64,000 bases of DNA, from NCBI RefSeq assembly GCF_009914755.1, contig NC_060925.1. One strand, written 5' to 3'. Both the position numbers and the translations under genes were made by a program. The notes below the pieces were generated by a model. The model had not been told where the DNA came from and made no database searches. It was given only the letters and a program-made list of their open reading frames with translations. The DNA is from the human T2T-CHM13v2.0 reference genome, Homo sapiens. This document shows positions 45,831 through 59,529 of this stretch, in pieces. Every line of letters begins with the position of its first letter. Positions within the stretch are counted from its first letter, which is position 1.

Positions 45831-46022
45831 TTAAAAATGAAATAAAATAAGGGGTGTGCTTCAAGTTCACATGTGTCTACACCCCTAAAATTAACATGAT
45901 TTCTAGAAAACAACTATCCCCAACTGAGCTTCATTAGGTCGGAAAAAAAAAAAAAGACCCTCTTATTCAGATAAACTGCTACAATATTTTAAAACTGATT
46001 ATTGCCATTATAGAAAAAAGCT

Positions 46023-46294
<272 letters not shown>

Positions 46295-46332
46295 TTAAAT
46301 TTTTATTATTTTGTATCTGACATCTTACTAAA

Positions 46333-46635
46333 CTTTTTTTTTTAAGAGACAGGGTCTCTTCCTGCAGTGTAAAAAAAAAATTAATTAAAAAAAAAATAGA
46401 GACAGTCTTGCTCTGTGACCCAGGCTGGTCTCCAACTCCTGGCCTCAAGTGATCCTCCCACCTCAACCTCCTGAATAATATGCACCACCATGCCCAGCTA
46501 ACTTCTTTTCATTTTTATAGAGATGGGGTCTCACCGTGTTGCCCAGGCTGGCCTCTAACTCCTGGCCTCAAATGATCCTCTCACCTGGGCCTCCCAAAGT
46601 GCTGGGATTACAGGCATGAGCCACCAGGCCTGGCC
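46333..46635 (-). mobile_element. Rearranged AluJ/monomer mosaic
   Basis: two CTCCTGGCCTCAA(G/A)TGATCCTC segments. Confidence 0.8.
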
Positions 46636-47389
46636 TAAACTTTTCATTTGCTATAATTAATTGTTTTTAGTTACTTTCATTGAGTTTTCTAGTTATAAAA
46701 TTGTGTCTCTGGCACATGATGACAGTTTTCCCATAAATTTTGAAATTGTGTTTTTTGTCTTATCACATCAGCTGTGATGTGTGTTCTTTGCTGTGATTAA
46801 ATGTGTTAAGCTTTTGAGCGGCTATAGGGGAAGAAGATGTATTGGCAAGGAAAGAGGCTAGTGACTAAGTAGCTAAAAAAAAAAAAAAAACTATGGTAGT
46901 AGTTTGAGTGTGGATTGATGGGACAAGGCCTGGCCCAGGATCATGGCTGCAAAGGAAGAACTACAGAGAAGAGAAATTCTAGATGATGAATCAGCAATGA
47001 GGGCAGGAAATTGAACACAACTCCAGGTTGGCACATCTGAAACCCAGTGGTCTACCTGAGCAACCAGGAATAGTAGGCATCCTGGTGGGCTCCCAGCACC
47101 CATTTCACCTGCCTCTGGTACCACAGTGATTCTTTCAGTGATGGGCACTTTATGCAGAACTAAGGCCTGGCATTCCCCCCGCTCCTGACCCAAGTTAGAC
47201 CCATCAGAAGTGCAGCTCAGGAATTGTGCTGAATTTTTGGCCAAGGAGAAGCCTCTCTCTCTCTCCCAGGATTTAGAGGGAAAAGCCTAGGAGAAGCAAG
47301 CCTGAGCCTGAGTAACAAACTCTGGATCAAATCCCCTTTGAAGTTCGTCTTACCTATTGATATGGTTTGGCCGTGTCCCCACCCAAAAC

Positions 47390-47996
<607 letters not shown>

Positions 47997-48151
47997 TCCA
48001 AAATTCGTTTCTAATTGTAATCCCTGTGTGTCAATTACGAACTGGTGGGAGGTGATTGGATTACAGGGGTGGTTTCCCCCATGCTGTTCTCATGATAGTG
48101 AGGAGTTCTCACCAGATCTGATGGTTTAAAAGTGGCAGTTTCCCCTGCTCA

Positions 48152-49012
48152 TTCTCTCTCTCACTCTGTCTCCCACTCTCCCACTCTCCCAGTCTCCCCA
48201 TCTCTCTCCCTCTCTCCCCCTTGATCCCTCCCACTCTCTCTCCCTCTGCCTCTCCTTCTCTTTACCTCCCTCCCTCTTTCCCTCTTTCCCTCTCTCTCTC
48301 CCTCCCTCTCTTCCTCTCTCTCTCCCTCTCTCCCTCTCTCTGTCCCTCTCTCCCTCTCTCTCTCTCCCTCTCTCTCTCCCTCTTTCCCTTTCTCTCTCCC
48401 CATCTCTCTTCCTCTCTCCCTCCCTCTCTCACTCTCTCCCTCCCTCCCTCTCTCCCACTGTCCCTCCCTCTCTCCCTCCCTCTCTCCCTCCGTCCCTCTG
48501 TCTCTCCCTCTTTCCCTCTCTCCTTCCCTGTCTCTTCCTCTCTTCCTCCCTCTCTCTCCCTCTCTCCCTTCCTCTCTCCCCCTCTCTCCCTTCCTCTCTC
48601 CCTCTCTCTCTCCCTCCCTGTCTCTGTCTCTCTTCCTCCCTCTCTCCCTCTCTCTCTCTCTCCCTCTCTCCCTCTGTCCCTCTCTCTCCCTCTTTCCCTC
48701 TCTCCCTTTGTCCCTCTCTCTCTCCCTCTTTCCCTCTCTCTCCCTCTCTTTCTCTCTGCCTCTGTCCCTCTCTCTCTCCTTCTCTCCCTCCCTCTGTCCC
48801 TCTCTCTCTCCCTTTCCCTCCCTCCCTGTCTCTTCCTCTCTTCCTCCGTCTCTCTCTCTCCCTCCCTCTCTCTCTCCCTTCCCTCCCTCTGTCCCTCTCT
48901 CTCTCCCTCTGTCCTTCTCTCTCTCCCTCTTTCCCTCTCTCCCTCCCTGTCTCTCTCCCTCTCTCTCTCCCTCCCCTCTTCCCTCTCTCCTCTCTCTCTC
49001 TCCTTCCCCCTC
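48152..49012. repeat. Homopyrimidine (CT-rich) tract
   Basis: about 860 bp nearly pure C/T. Confidence 0.97.
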
Positions 49013-50879
49013 CTGCCATCTTGTGAAAAGGGTACTTGCTTCTCCTTCACCTTCCGCCATGATTGTAAGTCTCCTGAGGCCTCCCCAGCCATGCAGAACT
49101 GTAAGTCAATTAAACCTCTTTTGTTTATAAATTACCCAGTCTCAGGTAGTATCTTTACAGCAGTGTGAAAAAAGACTAATACACCCCCAGACTTCCAAAT
49201 CACACGGACCACACATTCCTTTTACTGGTTAATCCAAGTTGCAGTGGATCTCCTGTTCCTTTCCCTGTAAGGAGTCCCAACTGATACACTGGGATTGGCA
49301 ATATTTTTAACAGATACTATAATTCTCTTACAATGTATTCATCTGAAAAGAGGTGTGAAGGAGAAAAGTAATTAGAATTCTCAGTTTATAAACATTTCCT
49401 AAAATGTGAATTCAAGAGAAAAATTAGCAGATATTTTAATTGTCTGTTCTATCTCCACATTCTCACACTTAATCTACCTACTCTCTAAATGTATTAATTA
49501 ACATTTTCATAAACACTCTTCCAGCTTACAACGCAACTTCACACATCTCGACTCACTTGGTTCCCATAACAAACAGGAGAGATGGGCGGTAACAGTGAGC
49601 CCTCATTTTGTGCAGTATGCTAGTTTGTAAGACGCTTTCTCTTACGTGATTTCATGTGATACTCGAATGTCAAGCTCTTGCAAGTTCTGGACTCCAGAAA
49701 AACTGATGTAGTTGTTCTCTTGGCCCACAGAGAACTGTTTTGAATTTCTGTGTCTTCACTGGTATCACTCGGTCAATACTGTTCTTCCTGACCTTGTTCA
49801 CCAGGTGAATTCCCTATTCGTACTTAAAAGCCCATTTCAGACAGGGCACAACTGTGTCTCTTTCCCCAGGGAGGTGTGGGCAGGCAGTGAGGTCTTCAAG
49901 AAGTGTTTTGCCTTTGCCAGATGTCAAGGTCAGCCAGCCAGCTGTACAGATAAATGGTCGGGGGGGAAGGGGGGCTTTGGCCAACTTTTTGTGGTCTGGA
50001 ATAAACAAAATCCATCATCAAACGAAAAACACCAGCTACTCCACCAGCCCCCTGGCCACAAGAACCTACTTCAAGCTTAGCCAGATTCACTCTTTGTTGT
50101 ATGAAGGGAGAAGGGTCAGTGCCAGCCTTGGCCTTCGGCCATCCATATTAGTTTTGTGCTACTGGCCCTTGGGCCAACCCAGACAGTCTGTAGGCCTTCA
50201 AACAGGCCTCAAAGAGAGGAACTCAGACAGGTTCTCAGATTGCTCTCAGAGAGACCATCACCTGGGTTGTCTGACACACCTTGGATGGACTTTGACAGGA
50301 ATGGATCGGCACAGACCTGAATTAGGAAGCCCTTCTTCCTCTGACCATAGATGTTCCCTCAAAGACACCCTCCTGAGTGACACACACCCCGAGGGAGTCG
50401 AAGCAGAGCAGGAGTTCCATTAGTACTGGCACCCACTGGCCACGCCCCTGCTGGAGGTCAGCCCGGGGCCCACAGTCTGCACGACTCTGGGAGTGTATTT
50501 TCAGGTCTGAAGGCCTGACTGGGGAGGACTAAGGATGCTGGCGGTGGCCATGGCAACCAGCTCAATCTCCTGACATTGGGCAGGTGATGCCCTTGGCCTC
50601 CTCCATCTTTTTGCCACTCTGGGGGTTCCTGTAACCAGAGTGGTCCTTCCCATAGAATGAAAGGTCAGAGGACAGAAAGGGTGGGGAGAACGCTGCCCCA
50701 CTGGGGGACAGAAAGGGCCAGTGTGGGAAGGAAAGAGATGGAGGGAACAAAAGAGGTGGCCTGAGCCCTTTGCCCCGAAGCTGGGAGGCCTGTATTCCTG
50801 GGAGGCTCCTGGGGCTGGCGGGAGTCCTAGGGGGCTGTGGCACCATATCCCTCCCTATATTTATGGGATCTAGTTGTCA

Positions 50880-51700
50880 CTGCCAGTCTGAAATCTCCTT
50901 CCTATATCCTTAGCACAGTTGGGTCTATATTGGGGGGCTGCTGATGTTGCCACAACTGAACCCCTCCACTTTCCCAACCTGCTCCTCCTCCAGGCTCTCC
51001 AGCTCAGAGAAAGGCCCCACCATCATCCCTGCCTTCCCTCCCCACCCCCAGCAGCCACAGTTCACCTTAACCAACCAGCCTGAAGTACTCAGCTCAGCCT
51101 GCAGGGATGCCAGCACACCTGGCGGGACTCTCCTTTCCCTCCCACCAGCCTCCAGAGTCAGTGTCCCTGAAGCCACCTGGAATCACATCACCTTGCTCTG
51201 AGCCTGCAGCAAGTCCCCATTGCCCTGAGATGAAGTCAAAGCAACCTGCCACTCTTCACAAGCCAGCCCCGACTGGTCTCTCCAGACTCATCTTCTTACC
51301 CCTACTTCCTTCCAGGCCAGATTCAGCCACCTCAATTTCTCAGCTCCCTCCCCACCCCGCCCTTGCCCGGACTGCCTCTTCTCCAGCCCTGTTCACTCTG
51401 CCCTTGCCAGTTCCACAGAGCCATTCTCTCCCTGCAGCGCCACCCAGGCATGCCCCTGCTCCTCAGATCTCCTGTGGTATCTTCACCATTTCTACCCCAA
51501 ACACACCCTATGCCGGGTGACACCCACCCTGAGGGAGTCACAGCAGAGCAGGATTTCCATTAGTATTGTTTGCCGGAATGAAGTCATTCATCCAGGTATC
51601 CAGCATCTATGCAGCACTTGCCACACTCCTGGTGCGGTCTGGGCCCTGGGGCATAGCCATGATGAAGATGAGGCCCTCGTGAGTAGGACTCAGATTGCGT
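50880..51700. mobile_element. L2 relics
   Basis: CAACTGAACCCCTCC...TCCCCATTGCCCTGAGATGAAGTCAAA; diverged L2 tail near 51540-51590. Confidence 0.5.
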
Positions 51701-52939
51701 CAGAGGATAACTATCCAAATGAATGCTGGCCCTGGCAGAGGCCTTAGCTACTTCCTAATGCTTCTCCAGACAACAGTGTCCAGGACCCCAGGGCTCCAAG
51801 GCAGCCTCCCCCGCCCCTCCACATTCTCAGCCCCCACTATCGCCTGCCATCTGAATGTGCAAGGTAGATGTGTACACCAACCCCTGGGCATGGGTCCTGG
51901 GGGTAGAGCTGGGTGGGGAGCTGAGGCTGGCATCCCTGTATGTGCTAGTGCCCGACCTGGGTGCACACAGCTGCCAGGGAGTGGGGGGAGCCTCCACAAC
52001 TGCCTCACCCGCGCACCTCCCCAGCCTCTGCTGGAACTGCTCCTGGCTCCTGGCGCACCGCGCTCCTGTTGTTTAGTTTTTCTGAACACCGAGTCTCAAC
52101 CCCATGTTAATTGGTTTTACTCCACTCTTTTGTGCCACCCATTAAATGAGGAAATGCCACCCATAAAATTTTAATTTTAAAAGCCAACTTGTTTGTTTTA
52201 TATTGAAATTCCCCGGGCAGCTCCAGCAGAGGGAAACAGACACATTTTCGTTTCATTAAAGCAACTTGAATGAAGATGAAAAAGAAGCTGAAAAATTAGA
52301 TTTAAAAACAGAGAGTGAGAAGCATTTAAAGAAAATGAATGAAAGTGAGCTGCCACAGAAGGCGGTGGGGACCACAGCTCCATCTCTGCCTTCCCAGAGC
52401 CTCCTGCAGGGAGACAGTGGAGCAGAAGTGGGAAGCTGGGAGTGGAAGGGGACACTCTGGGTGCCCCCAGAAGGCTGGACCATGCACTCTCCTCTCACTA
52501 AAGCTGGCCCCCTGGATATCCTAGAGGAAGGAGGGTAGAGCATCCTGGACCCTGGGACCAGAAGCATCCTTCCTCCCTGGGGACAAACTGCATGGCGATG
52601 AGGCTTGCTGGCTTGGAAGCTGAGCCGTCTGGATGGTCCTGGCTCTGCCACTTACCAGCTCTGTCAAGGTGGGCAAGTGGCCTGTTTTGCTCTTCGTAGT
52701 GATGATCTGTAAAACAACCCAGCTTATAGGGTTGGTATGAAGATTAAATAGAATAGTACCTTGAAAACACTTTAAATAGAGCCCGGTATGCAGTAGGTCC
52801 ATAACAAATGTTAACTTTGACTAATGACATCCGGCTGCCTCCCTTCCATTGCATACTCCTTACACATTGCCCCTGCTGAGTGCACCTCCCTCCTTCCCTT
52901 GCCCACACATCCCCCTCCCCCATACCCGCCACCCACTTC

Positions 52940-53633
52940 CTTTTTTTAGGAGGCAGGGTTTAGCTCTGTCACCCAGGCCGGAGTGCAGTGGCACAATCAA
53001 AGCTGACTGCAACCTCGACCTCCTGGCCTCAAGGGATTCTCCCACCTCAGCACCCCTCCCCAAGTAGCTGGGATCACAGGCATATGCCACCATGCCCAGC
53101 TAGTTTTTTTTGTTTTTTTGTAGAGACAAGGTCTCGTTATGTTGCCCAGGCTGGTCTAGAACTCCCAGGCTCAAGCAGTCCTCCCACCTCAGCCTCCCAA
53201 AGTGCTGGGATTACAGGTGTGAGCCACCTCTCCGGCCTTTTTGGGTTTTTGTTTTGTTTTGTGTTTTGTTTGGTTTTGACGGAGTCTCCCTCTATCACTC
53301 AGGCTGGAGTGTCATGGCTCACTACAGCCTCAAACTCCTGGGCTCAAGCAATTCTCCCACTTCAGCCTCCTGAGTAGCTGAGACTATAGGCACGTGCCAA
53401 CACGCCCAGGTAATTTTTAAATATTTTTGTGGAGACAGGTTCTTTCTCTGTCGCCTAGGCTGGAGTGCAGTGGCACGATTCCGGCTCACTTCAACCTCTG
53501 CCTCCCAGACTCAGGTGATCCTCCCACCTTAGCCTCCAAAGTAGTAGCTGGGACCACAGGCTCGCGCCACCACGCCTGGCTAATTTTTAAAATTTTTTTT
53601 AGTAGAGAAAGGGTTTCACCTTGTTGCCCAAGC
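52940..53633 (-). mobile_element. Cluster of antisense AluJ (one full, two partial)
   Basis: 52940-53236, 53277-53425, 53428-53633. Confidence 0.9.
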
Positions 53634-53902
53634 TGCAAAGTTCCTTTTAATGATGTCCCTGAGCTGAAGACAGCTACAAGAGACTGCGGACGGTCTGATG
53701 AAAGGCTTGGGAAGCCTCATTCCTTCGCAATTCAATTCTTGTGGGCCAAACCAATTAAAATGTTCGTATAATCCTTCCAAGGAAAGCCAGCCTCCCTGGG
53801 TTCAAATCCCAGCTCTACCACTCACCACCTGTGTGTTCTTGGGCCAGTTTCTTCTGGGCCTCAGTGTCTCTATCAATAAAATGAGACTCACAGCTGTCAT
53901 GA

Positions 53903-54661
<759 letters not shown>

Positions 54662-55680
54662 GCCCTAGGGTAACTTTTAATGACACTCCCTTTCATTCCC
54701 AAACGTATCCTAATCTGGATGACTAATTATATGGTCATCCTACTCCAAATCCCCCACGCCCAAGATGGGGCCTGGGAGCTGGCCCATGGTGTTGGGAAAG
54801 GGTTCTACTCCTGACCTGTTTTCCTTTCCAGACCCTTGGGATTGCCTAAGCCCTGGGTCCCAGCCCCAGCCCTAGCCCACTCTCAGGCCAAGGAAACTCA
54901 TTCCCTCAATTAGCATTATAAAGCGGCAGGGAGGGGAAAGGCCTCGAAGGCGGGTGCCCGGAAGGTGCTGGGAATGGGAGTCTGTTGGGATTCCGGGCCT
55001 TACCTCTGATCCTGACGGCAATTCCTCATATCCTTAACTTCCTCTTTCCTGCAGGGAAATTATTAACAGTACTATCTCTGATTTGCAAAGATCAAATCAC
55101 ACAAGGACTGGCGGTGAAAGTGTTGTGTGGTCCGATGAGTGGCATTAGGAGGGCAGTGACTTCTGCTTCGGCCACCAAGGCAGAATTCCCAGATCCTGTT
55201 TCTCCGGTGATTGTGGGGGAGACAGAGATGGAGCATAAAGGGTCACAAAGGGTCCACAGATGGCTGGGGGTGAGGTGTCTACCCAGTGCCTCGGCCTATA
55301 GAAGTCTTCTCACTCACAGCCCCTAGCCCACTTCCACCAGGCCCGGAAGGACACCTCCAATGCCTGTCCAGGGCCCCCTGGCCCTGCTCAGAGATGCCTC
55401 CTCCAGGCAGAGGCAGCTGCTACCCTCAAGCTCCAGGTGACTGCTGCCAGGCTTCAGAAGCTACTCAGGGTAGGTGGTGAGCCTGCTGCCTCCAGGGCTG
55501 CTTCTCAGAAAAGCTCAGAGAAGACATCTTAGCGGCTAAGTGGCACTCATTTTATTTGAGGCAGAATTCTTGTCCGGTGGTCCCCAAACTGCACACCTAG
55601 GAACCCCAAGAGCTTAATGACAGATGAGAGTTCTGAGGGAGTGGGACCGAGTGGGCAGGACTCCAGGGGCATTGAAGGGC

Positions 55681-55835
55681 TTCCTCCTCTCCTCTCCCCT
55701 CCCCTCCCCTCATCTCTCCCCTCCCCTCCCCTCTCCTCTTCCCTCCCCTGTCCTCTCTCTCCCCTCTCCCTCTCCTCTCTGCTGTCTGTCCTTTCCCATT
55801 CTCTTCTCTTTCTCCCTCTCTTTCACTCTTTCTTC
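55681..55835. repeat. CT-rich low complexity (CCCCT)n-like
   Basis: pyrimidine tract. Confidence 0.85.
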
Positions 55836-57126
55836 AACCAGAGCAGCTCCATTTAGTATTCTGTCCAAAATTTTTCTCGCACAAAAATGTCCACAGTTAA
55901 AATAATTTTTCAAAAACAGAGTTCTGTTCCTCCTCTCTCCTTTCCTTCCTCAACAATTCAGTCCTAAAACTATTATGTGCAGCAGAGCAAGGGAATGGGG
56001 GAACCATGGATGAACACAGCAGGATTCCTAGCAGAGTGAGGAGGGGGACCACTGGGGAAGGCAGGCTGGCCCAGGGGTGTCAGAGTACAAATCAGTGAGG
56101 GGCTGTCACCCCTATGGGGTCAGCCTGATATGGGTGTCAGAGCCCAGGCAGACAAAGCAAGGCAGCCATGCAGGGGATGGTTCCAGTGTGGGAAGCCAGA
56201 GCCAGCCAGAAGTGGGGTGTCAGAGCCTACAGCTGAGTTAGGAGGGTGTCTCAATGGGGGAAAGGGGTAGCCCTGTGCAGAAAGTCAGAGTGCCCAGGTC
56301 ACCCATCCATCAAGACTTGGGGCTCTGCCTCCCCTACGTCTGCCCCAATCCTTTCTAAAGCCAGGCTTAGCTGGACCAAGGAAGACCCTGGGCCTCTTCT
56401 CAGTTGAAGCCACTGAGCACCAGGACATGCCAGGCAAGATTAGATGTGCCAGGTGCTGGAGTTAGAGCCAGGCTGGAGCAAGACAGTCAGGTCTCAGCCG
56501 GTGTGGAGCCCACAGTCCAGCAGGGAGGATGGACACAGAGGCTGCCATCACAGAACATGAGCTCAGCAGCGGGACGGGAGCTCGTGGAGGGCAAGCAACG
56601 TGACCTTGCACAGGGACCAGGCAGTGTCCGCAGAGGAGGCAAGCCAATGAGTCAGGAAGATGAGTTTACCAGGCGGGGGAGGATGGGGGTGGCAATGCCT
56701 CTGGGCCTCAGTCTCTCCCCCTGCCCGTCCTCACCATCCCATCCACAAAAGTCCCAGCCACCAGGAGCCTCTCAAGAGGCCTTTCCATCCTGAGACCCCC
56801 ATAGACTACAACCTAGTCCCAGGCCCCTCCAGATGGACAGTGTTGAGGGCCATCTCACCCGCCTGGCCTGGACCCCACCTCACTGGAGGCTGCCCTCAGT
56901 GGGAAGGTTCCTTTGCTCCCCTTTCTGAGGTCTGACATCCCCCATCATTGAGAAGTCCCGCCTTGTGTTTAACTCACATCTCTCTTGCTTTCTCTAATCT
57001 TCAGAGAAATGGCTAACTGAAGGCCTTTCACCAATTACAGGGAAACGCTGATAAAACCGGTCCCAGGAGGGCAGTGGGTTGGAGCTGCCCCAAAACTTTA
57101 CCTTCAGGCTGAAGCTTCCTACCTTC

Positions 57127-57429
<303 letters not shown>

Positions 57430-57774
57430 CCTACCTTCATTTTTTCATCTGCAAACACTGACCTGTGGGGTCCCTCTGATCTTCCCACACCCAGGTGAGA
57501 GCCCACACACATGCACCCCATCCTCACCACAGCCCTACTCCCTGAAGGGCCCTTGTCCATAGAAGGCCTGCATAGGGCTCATTCCAGGGGCCCCTCCATT
57601 TGGGGCTTATGATGGACTGGCCTAGCAGAGAAAAATAACTGCTTGGACTCCATATGACTTTATTTTCTGGGGTGGAGGAGAAAGCGAGCCACCTCAGCTG
57701 CCTCATCATGCAAAAGGTAGAGATTAGACCCCAGGAAGGACTTCCTTTGGCTTAGGGCATCCTTCTCCCTGCAG

Positions 57775-57793
57775 TCACCAGCAGGGGGCGCCA
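57775..57793 (+). promoter_or_regulatory. CTCF core motif (forward orientation)
   Basis: TCACCAGCAGGGGGCGCCA; near-ideal core with CpG retained. Confidence 0.7.
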
Positions 57794-58793
57794 CAGGCCA
57801 GCCTGTGGGACCCACTATCTGAGAACGGGGTTGTCACCCAGGAGTGAGTGAAGGTCTGGCCAGCACTGAGGGCTCTGGGGTGCAGAGAAGTTAGGAGATC
57901 CATCAAAGCAGCCAGACCACCTGGTGGGAGGCGGCACACACTCTGCCAGTCCGGACACGGGTTAGGGAGTGGCATCACATTCCGCCGAGTCATTGCCTGC
58001 GAAGACTAACGTCACCTCTGATGTCAGGGCTCCAAGGGGCTTCGTTCCAGCTCCAGGCTCCAGGAAAGGGCGTCGCAGGGCCCAGAGGTTACACAACTTC
58101 CCCCAAGATCGCTGTGGAAATGACTGGCAGAGCAGGGATTCAAACCCAGGTCCCTGTGGGTGCCTCTGCCCAGCCGCCTGCAGGGTCTGCAGGTGGCCAT
58201 GTCCCACGTGTCACCTTTACAGACCCACAGCTGAGAGCCGGCCCGGCCTTGGCCTGGCTTCCTTCTTTCTCATCTCTAAAAATGCCTTTCATTCTAAGAT
58301 CTCCTTGGCAGCTTCATAATAAAAAGAAGGCTTCTGAAACCGCAAATGTTTTTAAATGAATTCAAGCCCCAAGTTTCTGCAGGGGGGTGAGGGATGCAGG
58401 ATGAAGGTAAGTCTTTGAGTATGAAAGTTACATGCATGATGCGAGAGCCCTCCACTGACCTCCAAAACTCGCGCTGCCGGGGATACGAGGGCCCCTGGCG
58501 AGTCTCCCGAAGTGTCTCCTTTTGAAAGCTCACCGGTCCTTGTACTCTGAGTGCTTTCAGTTGGGTCCATTATGAGAAATCTCCTTTTGAGCATGGATGT
58601 ATTCAAATCCAGATGTTGTCCCCGCAGAACAAAAAGCTCCCTCCAAATTCTCTTTATGAAGAAGTAGGTTCTCACCCTTTGAAGGAATAAACATCTCTTG
58701 ATAAGTGGAATTTTTTTCCCCCAGCCAAGAACCTGCTGCTCCGAATTTGCTAAAAACTAGTTTAATAGCCGGTCTCCATTCTATTTCAGAGGC

Positions 58794-58805
58794 CAAGATG
58801 GCGGC
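58794..58805 (+). promoter_or_regulatory. YY1 consensus site
   Basis: CAAGATGGCGGC exact. Confidence 0.55.
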
Positions 58806-59109
58806 GACAAGGTGGAATGTCAGCAGAAGATGTATTCAATAGATTGAGTGTGGCTTCACTAAGAAGGCTGGATTTTTAAAATATTTGTTATTTATTTAGA
58901 TACTTTGTTTTTAAATTCAAGACATACATTCTAATGACAAAAGTGAAAAACAGATTGAAAGATGAAAAACAGAGTGTCAGAAAAACCTGCTCAATCATAT
59001 ACTTCATTTTGATTCAAATAACAACTTTTCAGGAAGGAAGGATACAGTAAACCTACGCATTGATTGTAAATTAGTCCCAATTTCTATAATATTCATTTTC
59101 TTAAAGTAT

Positions 59110-59410
59110 GCTGGGCGTGGTGACTCATACCTGTAATCCCAGCACTTCGGGAGGCCAAGGCAGGTGGATTGCTTGAGCCCAAGAGCTTGAGATCAGCCTG
59201 GGCAACATGGCGAAACTTCGTCTCTACAAAAAATACAAAAATTAGCCAGGTGTGTAGTGGCAGGAGCCTGTAGTCCCAGCTACTCAGGAGGCTGAGGTGG
59301 GAGAATGGCTTAAACCGGGAGGTAGAGGCTGCTGTGAGCCAAGATCCTGCACTACACTTTAGCCTGCGTGACAGAGTGAGACCCTGTCTCAAAAATAAAA
59401 TAAAATAAAC
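59110..59410 (+). mobile_element. AluJ
   Basis: full Alu with (TAAAA)n tail. Confidence 0.9.
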
Positions 59411-59529
59411 CTTAAAATAGGGGAAATATGGATTACATATTTGTTAACTATATGTGTATATATAGCCAACAGAAATTTTTATCAGTAGGGTCTAGTTTTT
59501 TTGCTGTTGATAAAACCATCTGAGAGCTG

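Noticed and set aside
48161-49168. ORFs of 196-315 aa rich in E/R/G or L/S/P
   Set aside because: Read-through of the homopyrimidine tract within an MST LTR
50441-50455. Additional CTCF-like sequences (CCAGCAGGGGCG on minus; also about 30953 and 52223)
   Set aside because: Core is one base short or mismatched at key positions
58557-58796. 79-aa minus-strand ORF next to the YY1 site as a possible pseudogene
   Set aside because: Starts at TTG, no recognisable protein family, no polyA or TSD
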